Part shown: piece by piece, positions 27,279 through 36,784 of the stretch
Layout of the letters: every line of letters begins with the position of its first letter
Numbering within the stretch: the stretch's first letter is position 1
IMG/VR virus record: IMGVR_UViG_3300017917_000095
Location: 20,898 to 84,897 of that record
Origin: a virus
Length of the DNA: 64,000 nt
Strand: one strand, 5' to 3'
Position numbers and translations under genes: made by a program
Notes under the pieces: model-generated
What the model saw: the letters and a program-made list of their open reading frames with translations, nothing else
Databases searched by the model: none
What the model was told of the DNA's origin: nothing

Positions 27279-28074
27279 GGGTTTTGTAATCATTTCCCAA
27301 GATGGGGGACATGCTGATACATATCAGAAATGTTCACATGCATTGGCTAAGAGCATCAAACGCTTTATGCCAGATGCCAAAGTGTCTATCATCACAGATA
27401 ACAAGGTCACTAACCCTGAGTTGTATGACAAGATCATTCCGTTACCCTACGGCGATCAAAGCCCTAAGAGTTTCTGGAAATTGAACAATGATTGGCAAGT
27501 CTATGAAGCTAGCCCCTACGAATATACTATCAAGCTAGAAGCTGACATTTATCTTCCACGTTCTATTGAACACTGGTGGGACGCATTGAAGCATCGTGAC
27601 TTGGTAATCGCTACAACTATACGTGACTTCAAGCAAGAAATTAGCCCTTCACGTGTGTATCGTAGACTCATTGACGAGAACTATCTACCTGATACATACA
27701 ATGCTATCACATACTTTAAGAAGTCTGAGACAGCGGAAGAGTTCTATAAGCTTGTGCGTCACATCTTTGAGAACTGGGCTGAGTTCAGAGCTATATTGAA
27801 GTGTAGCCCATATGAAGAAGCAACGACTGATTGGGTATATGCGTTAGCTACACACATTATGGGTGTAGAGAAATGCACATTGCCAGAGTTCACTGAAATG
27901 AGCATGATTCACATGAAACGATTGATTAACAATCTACCTACTGAGGATTGGACAGATGCATTAGTGTATGAGGTACTCCCTCACACATTAAGAATCAACT
28001 CTTGCCCACAGCTTTATCCGTTTCACTATCATATCAAGTCGTTTTCAAATAAAATACTAGAAGCCTATGTCTGA
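27271..28074 (+). CDS. GT-A fold (GT8-like) glycosyltransferase-like protein, paralog of the previous gene
   Basis: SPYEYTIKLEADI (ExD), YNAITYFKKS, TTDWVYA and HMK align with the upstream paralog. Confidence 0.6.
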   Translation: MDKGFVIISQDGGHADTYQKCSHALAKSIKRFMPDAKVSIITDNKVTNPELYDKIIPLPYGDQSPKSFWKLNNDWQVYEASPYEYTIKLEADIYLPRSIEHWWDALKHRDLVIATTIRDFKQEISPSRVYRRLIDENYLPDTYNAITYFKKSETAEEFYKLVRHIFENWAEFRAILKCSPYEEATTDWVYALATHIMGVEKCTLPEFTEMSMIHMKRLINNLPTEDWTDALVYEVLPHTLRINSCPQLYPFHYHIKSFSNKILEAYV

Positions 28075-28423
28075 TACAATACAACAAGAAGATGAAGTAA
28101 TCATATATTGGGAAGCACCGAAGATCGTGCCTCCCGAGTTCCGTTTGTACTATGAAGAAGAAACCGGTAAGGTTATCTGCTATACATGCGAGAAGCCCGA
28201 AGGCAAATATCTAGTCATCGATGCAGTAACCTTTGCTCAGGCTCGTCCTGATCTTAGAGTTATTGACGGAAAGATTTCTACAGCAAGCAATCATGCGATT
28301 GTTTCTAAGCTGATGCCAAACGCTACACGTGGGCAACTATGTGAAGCTGAGGACATTAGTGTTGTTGCAACAGACGGCCCAGACACAATAAGATGGAAAC
28401 TAAACACATATGAGCTTAAATGA
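28067..28423 (+). CDS. Hypothetical protein, 118 aa
   Basis: ORF overlapping both neighbours, same codon style. Confidence 0.65.
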   Translation: MSDTIQQEDEVIIYWEAPKIVPPEFRLYYEEETGKVICYTCEKPEGKYLVIDAVTFAQARPDLRVIDGKISTASNHAIVSKLMPNATRGQLCEAEDISVVATDGPDTIRWKLNTYELK

Positions 28424-29363
28424 AATTGTCGATGTTGCAGACCTTGATTGCATCTATCTCAGTTACGATGAACCCCAGAAAGAAGAATTCTGGTTAAAGA
28501 TCAAGAACATGGTGCCTTGGGCAAAGCGTGTTGATGGGGTCAAGGGTAGTGATGCTGCACACAAAGCAGCAGGGGAAGCATCAGACACAGAACGTTTCAT
28601 TCTTATTGACGGGGACAACATGCCCGATGAATCGTTCTTCAACATGCAACTAGACTTTACTGGTAAGCCCGCTAACTATCAATTAGCGCAGTTTCGTTGG
28701 AAAGCAGTCAATGCTATCAACGGTCTACGATATGGTAACGGTGGCATGAGTTCTTGGACAAAGACTTATGTTGCTAATATGAAAACCCATGAAGCACAAA
28801 CAGACGGCGACAGTTCACGTATTGCTGACTTCTGCTTAGACAGTAAAGATAATCTATACTGGGCTATGTACGATTGCTATTCAACTACATATCCAAACAT
28901 GACTCCTTTCCAAGCATGGCGTGCAGGATTCCGTGAAGGTGTCAAGATGGTTCTAGACAAGGGTGAGAAGCCCGATGCTAACGAGTTCAAAGAACGTGTA
29001 GCAAGTCGCAATCTAAACAACTTGACTATCTGGCAGAACGTAGGAGCTGACGTTGAGAACGGCATCTGGGCTATCTACGGTGCTCGTCTTGGTACATATA
29101 TGACTATGCTTACTGAGTGGGACTGTCACAATGTTCAATGGTTCGATAACTATCCGGTACTTTGGGAAGAACACGAACTCAAAGATCCAGTTAAGCAATC
29201 AGAATTAATCGGTGAGGCTCTAAGCGATAAATTAGGTCTACCCATGTGTACACTGAGCCCAGAACAAAGTAAGTTCTTTAAGCGTCACTATCAATCTGAC
29301 TATCATAACAAGGGCCCATTGGTCACTGAGATGGAAGTTATCCGACAAATCGAAGGATGGTAA
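28410..29363 (+). CDS. Phage GT-A-like glycosyltransferase, 317 aa
   Basis: DCIYLSYDEP...RVDGVKGSDAAHKAA...FILIDGDN (DxD)...NGLRYGNGG...AWRAGFREGVKM; homologous by eye to the C-terminus of the 2313-aa protein. Confidence 0.6.
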   Translation: MSLNEIVDVADLDCIYLSYDEPQKEEFWLKIKNMVPWAKRVDGVKGSDAAHKAAGEASDTERFILIDGDNMPDESFFNMQLDFTGKPANYQLAQFRWKAVNAINGLRYGNGGMSSWTKTYVANMKTHEAQTDGDSSRIADFCLDSKDNLYWAMYDCYSTTYPNMTPFQAWRAGFREGVKMVLDKGEKPDANEFKERVASRNLNNLTIWQNVGADVENGIWAIYGARLGTYMTMLTEWDCHNVQWFDNYPVLWEEHELKDPVKQSELIGEALSDKLGLPMCTLSPEQSKFFKRHYQSDYHNKGPLVTEMEVIRQIEGW

Positions 29364-30769
29364 TGTCAGAAAGCCACGAACAAAAACGAATCAAAGATAT
29401 CAAGATCAGAGTCGAAAACGAAGCTGGTCCAACGTTCTGCCTTGCTAAATGGCATCACGTTACTATGTACTTGCAAAGCGGTGAGACACACAGTTGTTAT
29501 CACCCACAGCCACATAAGATTCCATTAGAAGAACTCTATGACAATCCTAGCGCATTGCACAATACACAGCAGAAGAAAGAAGAACGCAAGCTAATGCTAG
29601 ACGGTGGCAAGCCCACAGGCTGTCAGTATTGCTGGAACATTGAAGCTATGGGTCCTGACTATATCAGTGACCGTCACATTCGTAACGCTAGTATCTTCAC
29701 AGAAGAACGTTATGAACAGACAGCTAAAGGCCCGTGGAATCAGAACATTAACCCTGAGTATATTGAAATCAACTTCGGTAACGAATGCAATTTCAAGTGC
29801 GGTTATTGTCATCCAAAGTACAGCACAAGCTTCTACAAAGAGATTGAGCAGAACGGTCCTGTCACAACTGTAAAGAATCATCGTTGCGACATTGACTGGA
29901 TGCGTTTATATCAGCGTGAAGATGATAACCCATACGTAGATGCATTCTGGGAATGGTGGCCAGAGATGCGTAAGACATTGAACATCTTACGTGTTACAGG
30001 TGGCGAACCCACGTTGCATAGAAGTACATGGACATTGCTAGAGAAGATCGACCAAGATCCAATGCCCTGGTTAGAACTAAACATCAATAGCAATCTAGGA
30101 ACAAAGCCTATTCTTATTGAACGTTTAGCTGAGAAAGTCAAAAAGCTTACTGACGAGGGTAAGATCAAGAGTTTCAAGCTATTTACTAGCTTAGACACAT
30201 GGGGCCCACGTGCTGAGTATATTCGTACAGGCCTAGACTTAGAACTATGGGAACAGAACTTCCATACATACCTAAAGGGTACAGATAGCCCAATCACGTT
30301 TATGATTACGTTCAATATCTTCTCCGTAACTACGTTCAAAAGCTTCCTAGAGAAGTTCATTGAATGGCGTAAGATTTACGGATGGTATGACGATCCTGTA
30401 AACCCACAGCATCGTGTGCGTTTTGACACACCTTATCTACGTGACCCTATTCAGTACGATATGAACATTCTTCCCAAAGAAGAATTCATGCCCTATATGT
30501 ATGAAGCACTAGCATACATGAAGGAAAACACTGACGACAAGCGCAGTGATGCCTTCAGCAGTATTGAATATGAGAAGTTCAAGCGTGTAGTTGATTACAT
30601 GGCTGAAACAAACTACCCGGAAGAGAAACTAATCGAAGGTCGCAGAGACTTCTACAATTGGTTCAATGAATTAGACGAGCGCCGCGACACAGACATGCTA
30701 AGTGTGTTCCCTGAGTACCTAAGCTTCTACCGTTTGTGTCAAGAAGCTAATCAACTCAACCCACTATGA
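29363..30769 (+). CDS. Radical SAM protein with N-terminal twitch/SPASM-like Cys cluster
   Basis: CNFKCGYC motif, TGGEP, N-terminal FCLAKW...SCYH...GCQYCW; start ATG 29363 (TAATG overlap) preferred over 29357. Confidence 0.85.
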   Translation: MSESHEQKRIKDIKIRVENEAGPTFCLAKWHHVTMYLQSGETHSCYHPQPHKIPLEELYDNPSALHNTQQKKEERKLMLDGGKPTGCQYCWNIEAMGPDYISDRHIRNASIFTEERYEQTAKGPWNQNINPEYIEINFGNECNFKCGYCHPKYSTSFYKEIEQNGPVTTVKNHRCDIDWMRLYQREDDNPYVDAFWEWWPEMRKTLNILRVTGGEPTLHRSTWTLLEKIDQDPMPWLELNINSNLGTKPILIERLAEKVKKLTDEGKIKSFKLFTSLDTWGPRAEYIRTGLDLELWEQNFHTYLKGTDSPITFMITFNIFSVTTFKSFLEKFIEWRKIYGWYDDPVNPQHRVRFDTPYLRDPIQYDMNILPKEEFMPYMYEALAYMKENTDDKRSDAFSSIEYEKFKRVVDYMAETNYPEEKLIEGRRDFYNWFNELDERRDTDMLSVFPEYLSFYRLCQEANQLNPL

Positions 30770-31998
30770 ACTCAGACAAGGAGCATAACTTAACAAAAAA
30801 CAAATCGTTCTGTATGCTTCCATGGGTTCATTTGCATATCACCCCTACGGGGCTAACTGCTCCGTGCTGTATAGCAACAACAGAGTCCGATCCTGAAATT
30901 GATAATATCAATGGAAAGACTATTCAATCGGCAGTAAACTCTGATAAGATGAATACTATTCGAAAGAATATGTTAAAAGGTGTATTGAGTAAAGAATGCA
31001 CAACTTGTCACGTGCATGAACAACAGAATGTTCATAGTACAAGGCAAGTTATGAATAAAGACCTATCAGCTTATTATGATTCAACCGTACCAAATACTAA
31101 TAGTGACGGCTCATTAGACGACTTTAAAATGCATTATTTCGATATCCGATTCAGTAATATTTGCAATTTCAAATGTCGCACATGCGGTCCGGACTACAGT
31201 AGTCAATGGGGAATAGAAAAGAATAAGCCAAAAGTCATACATATTGACAATGGTAAGGGTAAAATACTAGAAGAAGTAATTGCACAAGTACCCAATATTA
31301 AAATAGCGTACTTTGCGGGAGGGGAACCCTTGATTACCGAAGAGCATTATGTTATACTAGAAGAAATGATACGTACAGGTGCCGCCAAAGACATTCAATT
31401 AAAGTATAACACAAACGCCAGCAATCTCAAGTATAAAGACAAGGATTTACTGTCACTCTGGAAACATTTTGATAAGGGTGTGATTGTCGATGCTAGTATA
31501 GATCATTATGGTACTAGAGCCGAATATATTCGTCACGGGACTAACTGGGCTACAGTTGAAGAAAACATTAAACTCTTACGTACATTGCCTCATGTCTCAC
31601 TGAGAATGAACACAGTATTGAGTGTTTTCAATGTATTGACTATCGGTGACTTCTATGAGTATCTAATATCTAACGACCTGTACAATAACAAGGATATGGG
31701 ATATCTAGTGTATAACATGATAAGCCCTGCTTACTTAGCATGTCATATACTTCCCCCTGAGTATAAGACTATTAGTAGAGATAGCATTATGCGAGCCATA
31801 TCATTGTTGGTAACGAACAAGTTTAATATGTCAAGAATAGTGCAACTGAGACATGCCTATACATGGTCAAAGACTTATGACACGTGGGATACGCATAAGG
31901 ATGAATTTAAGAGTGAAATCAACAGACTTGATGCACTACGTAATGAAGATTTTAGAAAAACGTTTCCTGAATTAGCAGGATTATTGGATTTAGAATGA
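30766..31998 (+). CDS. Radical SAM protein with N-terminal twitch domain, 410 aa
   Basis: CNFKCRTC, FAGGEPL, N-terminal FCMLPW...PCC...ECTTC. Confidence 0.85.
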   Translation: MNSDKEHNLTKNKSFCMLPWVHLHITPTGLTAPCCIATTESDPEIDNINGKTIQSAVNSDKMNTIRKNMLKGVLSKECTTCHVHEQQNVHSTRQVMNKDLSAYYDSTVPNTNSDGSLDDFKMHYFDIRFSNICNFKCRTCGPDYSSQWGIEKNKPKVIHIDNGKGKILEEVIAQVPNIKIAYFAGGEPLITEEHYVILEEMIRTGAAKDIQLKYNTNASNLKYKDKDLLSLWKHFDKGVIVDASIDHYGTRAEYIRHGTNWATVEENIKLLRTLPHVSLRMNTVLSVFNVLTIGDFYEYLISNDLYNNKDMGYLVYNMISPAYLACHILPPEYKTISRDSIMRAISLLVTNKFNMSRIVQLRHAYTWSKTYDTWDTHKDEFKSEINRLDALRNEDFRKTFPELAGLLDLE

Positions 31999-33224
31999 AC
32001 AAAGATTATCTATTAAACGAAAGCAAGACGTTCTGCATGTTCCCGTGGGTTCACTTGAATGTAACGCCCAAAGGGGATATCTATCCTTGCTGTAGTAATG
32101 ACTACACAAAGCCCTATGGAAACACTAAGGAAATCTCACTTAAGGACGCATTCAACGGCCCTAAGATGAAAGAACTTAGATTGGACATGCTAAACGAGCG
32201 CAAGAATGAACTATGCAAGTTCTGTTATCAGCATGAAGAAGCAGGGCCACATAGCTTCCGTAACTATAGCAAAGAGCATTTCGGCAAGTACTTTGATGAA
32301 GTCGTACCCACTACACAAGAAGACGGAACCGTAGAAGAATTTAAGATGCGTTATTTCGATATTCGCTTTAGCAATATCTGTAACTTTAAATGCCGTACAT
32401 GTGGGTCAGAATTCTCTAGTCAGTGGGGACTAGAAATGAACAAGAATTACGACAAGAATCACCCAATTGTTATTCACGTAGATGACGGACAGGGCAAAGT
32501 ATTAGAAGAAGTACTTGAGCAAGTAGAACACATTGACCTAGCTTATTTCGCTGGTGGCGAGCCATTAATCACGGAAGAACATTACGTGATGCTAGAAGAA
32601 ATGATTCGCAAAGGCCGCACAGACATTACGTTGCGCTATAATACTAACGCTAGTAATATCAAGTACAAGAACCACGATGTACTAGACTTGTGGAAGCATT
32701 TCAAGAAGGTCGAACTATCTTGCAGCATAGATCATTACGGTGAACGTGCTGAACTATTACGTGCCGGAACTGATTGGGGCAAAGTCGAATCTAACTTACT
32801 GACATTCCGTGACTTAGATTATGTAAGCTTCCAAATGAACACTGTGTTCAGTATATTCAACTATTTGACTATCGGAGAGTTCTATCAGTACTTGAAAGAC
32901 AAGAATATTGTTAGAAAAGAAGACTGGTATCATAGCTTATATCTAGCGGTGCATCCATTATATTACAGTGCTAAATCATTGCCCAAAGAATTAAAGATTG
33001 AGGCAGCAGAAAAAGCACTTAAATGGGCTGAAGCAAATAATAATGACCACACTTGCATCCCGCGTTTAGTAGTAGATGCAGTGAATTTTGCTAAAGACGG
33101 AGACAGTTGGAGCGAAGTTCGCACACAGTTCTTGGGTCATACCAAATCATTAGATCGTATCAGAGATGAAAGTTTCTGGAAAACGTTCCCTGAATTAAAT
33201 AAATTATCTGAATTGTTGGAGTAA
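31995..33224 (+). CDS. Radical SAM protein with N-terminal twitch domain, 409 aa
   Basis: CNFKCRTC, FAGGEPL, N-terminal FCMFPW...PCC...CKFC. Confidence 0.85.
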   Translation: MNKDYLLNESKTFCMFPWVHLNVTPKGDIYPCCSNDYTKPYGNTKEISLKDAFNGPKMKELRLDMLNERKNELCKFCYQHEEAGPHSFRNYSKEHFGKYFDEVVPTTQEDGTVEEFKMRYFDIRFSNICNFKCRTCGSEFSSQWGLEMNKNYDKNHPIVIHVDDGQGKVLEEVLEQVEHIDLAYFAGGEPLITEEHYVMLEEMIRKGRTDITLRYNTNASNIKYKNHDVLDLWKHFKKVELSCSIDHYGERAELLRAGTDWGKVESNLLTFRDLDYVSFQMNTVFSIFNYLTIGEFYQYLKDKNIVRKEDWYHSLYLAVHPLYYSAKSLPKELKIEAAEKALKWAEANNNDHTCIPRLVVDAVNFAKDGDSWSEVRTQFLGHTKSLDRIRDESFWKTFPELNKLSELLE

Positions 33225-33226
33225 TC

Positions 33227-34498
33227 ATGGATAAAGTTACAGTAGAGAGCCTGGTAAAGCACGGCAAGCATTTTTGCGTGTTGCCCTGGGTTCATTTTCA
33301 CAGTTGGCCAGATGGCCGTGTTATGCCTTGTTGTATTGCAGACAGCAATATGCCCGTAGCCGATTTAAAGAACGGCGAGTCTATCATCAATATGATGAAC
33401 AGTGAGGACTATAAAAAGCTACGTAAGGCAATGATGAATGACGAGCCCGTTGAAGCTTGTAAGCGTTGCTATGACCTAGAACTAATGGGTACATGGACAA
33501 TGCGTCAAAGTCACAACAAGCGCAAAGGTCTAGAATATGTAGACTATATTGCAGATAGTACATTAGATGATGGAAGCTTAATTGACTTTGAAATGAAGTA
33601 CATGGACTTGCGTTTTAGCAATATATGTAACATGAAATGTCGCAGTTGCGGTCCAGGCTGCTCAAGCTTATGGGCACAAGAATTTGTTGACCGTGTAGGT
33701 GTAGACACATACAAGAAGTATTTCCACACGACCAAAGTAGTTGTCAACGAAGCAGAAGAAATGGACTTTATGAACAAATTAAAGCCATATCTCAAAGACG
33801 TTACAGAAGTATATTTCGCTGGTGGCGAGATTGTTATTACTCCTGAGCACTATGAATGCTTAGACTACTGGATCGAAAATGGAATCAACGAAACAATTGA
33901 GTTGACTTATACAACAAACTTCAGCACATTGAAGGGCTATAAGGACAATGACTTGATTGAATATTGGAAGAAATTCCCTAATCTGAAGATTTGGGCGTCA
34001 CTCGATGCACACGGTGACGTTGCTGAATGTATCAGAAAGGGTACAGATTGGGATCGTATTGTTAAAAATATCAAGTTAGTTAAAGAGCAAGTTCCTCATG
34101 CTGAATTTCAGATTACTCCAACCATCAGCATTTGGAACGTGTTCACATTCCCTGACTTCTTTGACTATATGGTTAACGAAGGGTTTATTGATACTAAGAG
34201 TAGCCCACGCTTCAACTTAGCAACTAATCCATGGTATGCTAACATTATGATCCTACCCGTTAGTGTCAAGCGCAGACTAGCAGAATTGTACCGTGTCTAT
34301 CAGAATAGATACAAAGACAACATCGATATCTATAACGGATTTAAGATGATTATCTACAATTTAACAGTAGGCGACGAGAACAAAGAGGGTATTTTAGAGT
34401 TCATTAAATTCAACGAAGAATTAGATGTACATCGTAAAGAGAAATTAGAGGAAGTAATTCCAGAACTTAAAGAGGTGTTTGATTGGGCAAGAAACTAA
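33227..34498 (+). CDS. Radical SAM protein with N-terminal twitch domain, 423 aa
   Basis: CNMKCRSC, FAGGE, N-terminal FCVLPW...PCC...CKRC. Confidence 0.85.
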   Translation: MDKVTVESLVKHGKHFCVLPWVHFHSWPDGRVMPCCIADSNMPVADLKNGESIINMMNSEDYKKLRKAMMNDEPVEACKRCYDLELMGTWTMRQSHNKRKGLEYVDYIADSTLDDGSLIDFEMKYMDLRFSNICNMKCRSCGPGCSSLWAQEFVDRVGVDTYKKYFHTTKVVVNEAEEMDFMNKLKPYLKDVTEVYFAGGEIVITPEHYECLDYWIENGINETIELTYTTNFSTLKGYKDNDLIEYWKKFPNLKIWASLDAHGDVAECIRKGTDWDRIVKNIKLVKEQVPHAEFQITPTISIWNVFTFPDFFDYMVNEGFIDTKSSPRFNLATNPWYANIMILPVSVKRRLAELYRVYQNRYKDNIDIYNGFKMIIYNLTVGDENKEGILEFIKFNEELDVHRKEKLEEVIPELKEVFDWARN

Positions 34499-35475
34499 TA
34501 GCTATCGAAGCACCCGAGAAGTATGTTGCTATCACATGGCAAGTAAACAACTTCTGTAACTTTAAGTGCAGCTACTGCAACCCGGGTAACTGGGGCGGCA
34601 GTAACCGTAACGAGGGTAATCTAGACAAGTACTTAGAGAACTTGGGAGTTATCGTCAATCGTTATCGTGCAGCTGGGTACAAGAATTTCAAATTCTTTTT
34701 CTCTGGTGGCGAACCTACAGCTTGGGAGAACTTTATCCCTATCTGTGAATGGATTCACAAGACATTACCCAAGAGTACGCTAGCAGTCAATACTAATCTA
34801 AGTCGTCCTACAGCCTGGTGGGAAAAGCACTATCATCTATTTGACGATATCGTAGCAAGCTTCCATGTAGAGTTTGCAGACAAGAAACGCTATGAAGCTA
34901 ACTCAATCTTTTTATGTGACAAGGTCAATTACTTGTCTACAAAGATGCTAATGCACGAAGAAAGATTCTGGGAAGTTGTTGAATTTGCAGAGCATTTAAA
35001 GACAGTCATGCCCAATTATTTTATTGAGTGGACTCCTCTGTATGATGAATTAAATCACGTAACAGGACCATGGCAATACCAAGACGAAGCTAAGACAGAA
35101 TTCTTTAAGACACACAATATTGAGATGCAATTTACACTGCCCAAGCCGGGTAAGCGTACGGAAAACACAGTGAGTATGAATCGCTATGACGATGATTCTA
35201 CACAAGTATGCAATGCCAATGACTTGATCGTTACAGGACAGAACTTCTACGATGGGTGGAATTGTAATGTGGGTGACTGCGTATTCATAAATACCATTGG
35301 GGATGTTAGTCTTGCAAGTTGCGGGCTAGGTGGTTACGTTGGCAATATACTAGAAGATATCAGCCGTGTAGGCCCTAAGCAAATCGTGTGCAGAAAAGAA
35401 ATGTGCATGTGCGGGACAGACATTATTATTCCTAAGTTTGATGGGGATTGGATGGAATTAAATGGAAATAAATGA
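34483..35475 (+). CDS. Radical SAM protein with C-terminal Cys-rich (twitch/SPASM-like) domain, 330 aa
   Basis: CNFKCSYC near the N-terminus, SGGEPT, C-terminal CNVG...SC...CRKEMCMCGTD. Confidence 0.85.
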   Translation: MGKKLIAIEAPEKYVAITWQVNNFCNFKCSYCNPGNWGGSNRNEGNLDKYLENLGVIVNRYRAAGYKNFKFFFSGGEPTAWENFIPICEWIHKTLPKSTLAVNTNLSRPTAWWEKHYHLFDDIVASFHVEFADKKRYEANSIFLCDKVNYLSTKMLMHEERFWEVVEFAEHLKTVMPNYFIEWTPLYDELNHVTGPWQYQDEAKTEFFKTHNIEMQFTLPKPGKRTENTVSMNRYDDDSTQVCNANDLIVTGQNFYDGWNCNVGDCVFINTIGDVSLASCGLGGYVGNILEDISRVGPKQIVCRKEMCMCGTDIIIPKFDGDWMELNGNK

Positions 35476-36784
35476 CGATACACCTATTAAGATAGTGTAC
35501 AACTGGATTGGGCCTAGAGGCCCTATCATTAATACGGAGTTACCAAACATATTGAGCTTTGCTAACGTAAGCGAAGCCGCGTCAGTCAACAGTACAAGAT
35601 TCTGGGCTGATGATATCTATTGGCGTGTATTCATGCACAACGGTAACTATCCTATCAGTCCTGCATACACTGTCAGTGATAAGGATGCGTTTGTTTATCC
35701 CTATACACTAGCTTGGAGAACACAGTTTCATAATTACTTCTTAAATGATGGGGGAATTATGGAATTTAGCCACACCCCTAATCATATTATACATCAAGTC
35801 AGACACCACAATGGTTTCTTTTTAATTGACTATAGTCCTGAGGCATGGGTGCAAGACAATCAATTGCAAGTCATGCACAGTTATTTCAGTCATTTCAACG
35901 ATATTCCAATTGGTAAAGTGATATACATCACAGGCTGTATGAATGCACAAGAGATATATGACAACTGGTGTGATCGTAACGGTATTCCAGATGATCCTAT
36001 GCATCGTATGATAATGGTTCCGTTCCCTATCAGTCAACATGCTATCTCATGTCAGTTAGATCAAGTAGAAGAACCTGTATACGATGAGAATCACTTGCCA
36101 GAAAAGCTTTTCCTATGCTGGAATAGACGTTTCCGTCCACATCGCACACAGTTAGCACTTGCACTAGATAAAGCAGGGTTAGTAGATCGTAGCTATTATA
36201 GCATGAACCTAGTAGACCCAGAGATGAACAGTCTACATTTTAAGAATACAGTAGACATATATCACAACCCAATGCTAGGATTGACAAGTCAAGACGCAGA
36301 ACAGTTTATCAATAAGCTTCCTCTAGTGATTGACGGGGAAAGCGATATTATGCGTATGTGTGGAGACTTTGACCGTGCAGCAAAAGACTTCTATGCCAAT
36401 AGCTTAGTGTCAATTATTACTGAGACTAATTTTGAATTGTCTGAGTTAACTGCTACAGAAAAGACATGGAAGCCTGCTAAAGAAAAGCACCCGTTTATCA
36501 TGGTTGGAACAGCAGGTGCATTGCGTACATTACAAGAGTTTGGCTTTCAAACCTTTGATGAATTCTGGGACGAATCATATGATGATATAGAAGATCCTAG
36601 ACAACGTATGCACAAGATTATTCAAGTGTGTAAAGATATCGGATCTTGGACTCCTGAACAAGTACTTGACTTCAAGCGTAGAGTAAAGCCTATACTAGAG
36701 CATAACTACAAGATGTTGCACACCAATACTGCTAAACGTGTAGCAGATAAAATTAGAAAAGAAATGGCAAAGAGGACAAGATGA
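35462..36784 (+). CDS. Putative GT-B glycosyltransferase with GT10-like motifs, 440 aa
   Basis: FLCWNRRFRPHR and ITETN...TEKTWKP...PF...GFQTFDEFWDESYD motifs shared with six other copies in the window. Confidence 0.5.
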   Translation: MEINDDTPIKIVYNWIGPRGPIINTELPNILSFANVSEAASVNSTRFWADDIYWRVFMHNGNYPISPAYTVSDKDAFVYPYTLAWRTQFHNYFLNDGGIMEFSHTPNHIIHQVRHHNGFFLIDYSPEAWVQDNQLQVMHSYFSHFNDIPIGKVIYITGCMNAQEIYDNWCDRNGIPDDPMHRMIMVPFPISQHAISCQLDQVEEPVYDENHLPEKLFLCWNRRFRPHRTQLALALDKAGLVDRSYYSMNLVDPEMNSLHFKNTVDIYHNPMLGLTSQDAEQFINKLPLVIDGESDIMRMCGDFDRAAKDFYANSLVSIITETNFELSELTATEKTWKPAKEKHPFIMVGTAGALRTLQEFGFQTFDEFWDESYDDIEDPRQRMHKIIQVCKDIGSWTPEQVLDFKRRVKPILEHNYKMLHTNTAKRVADKIRKEMAKRTR

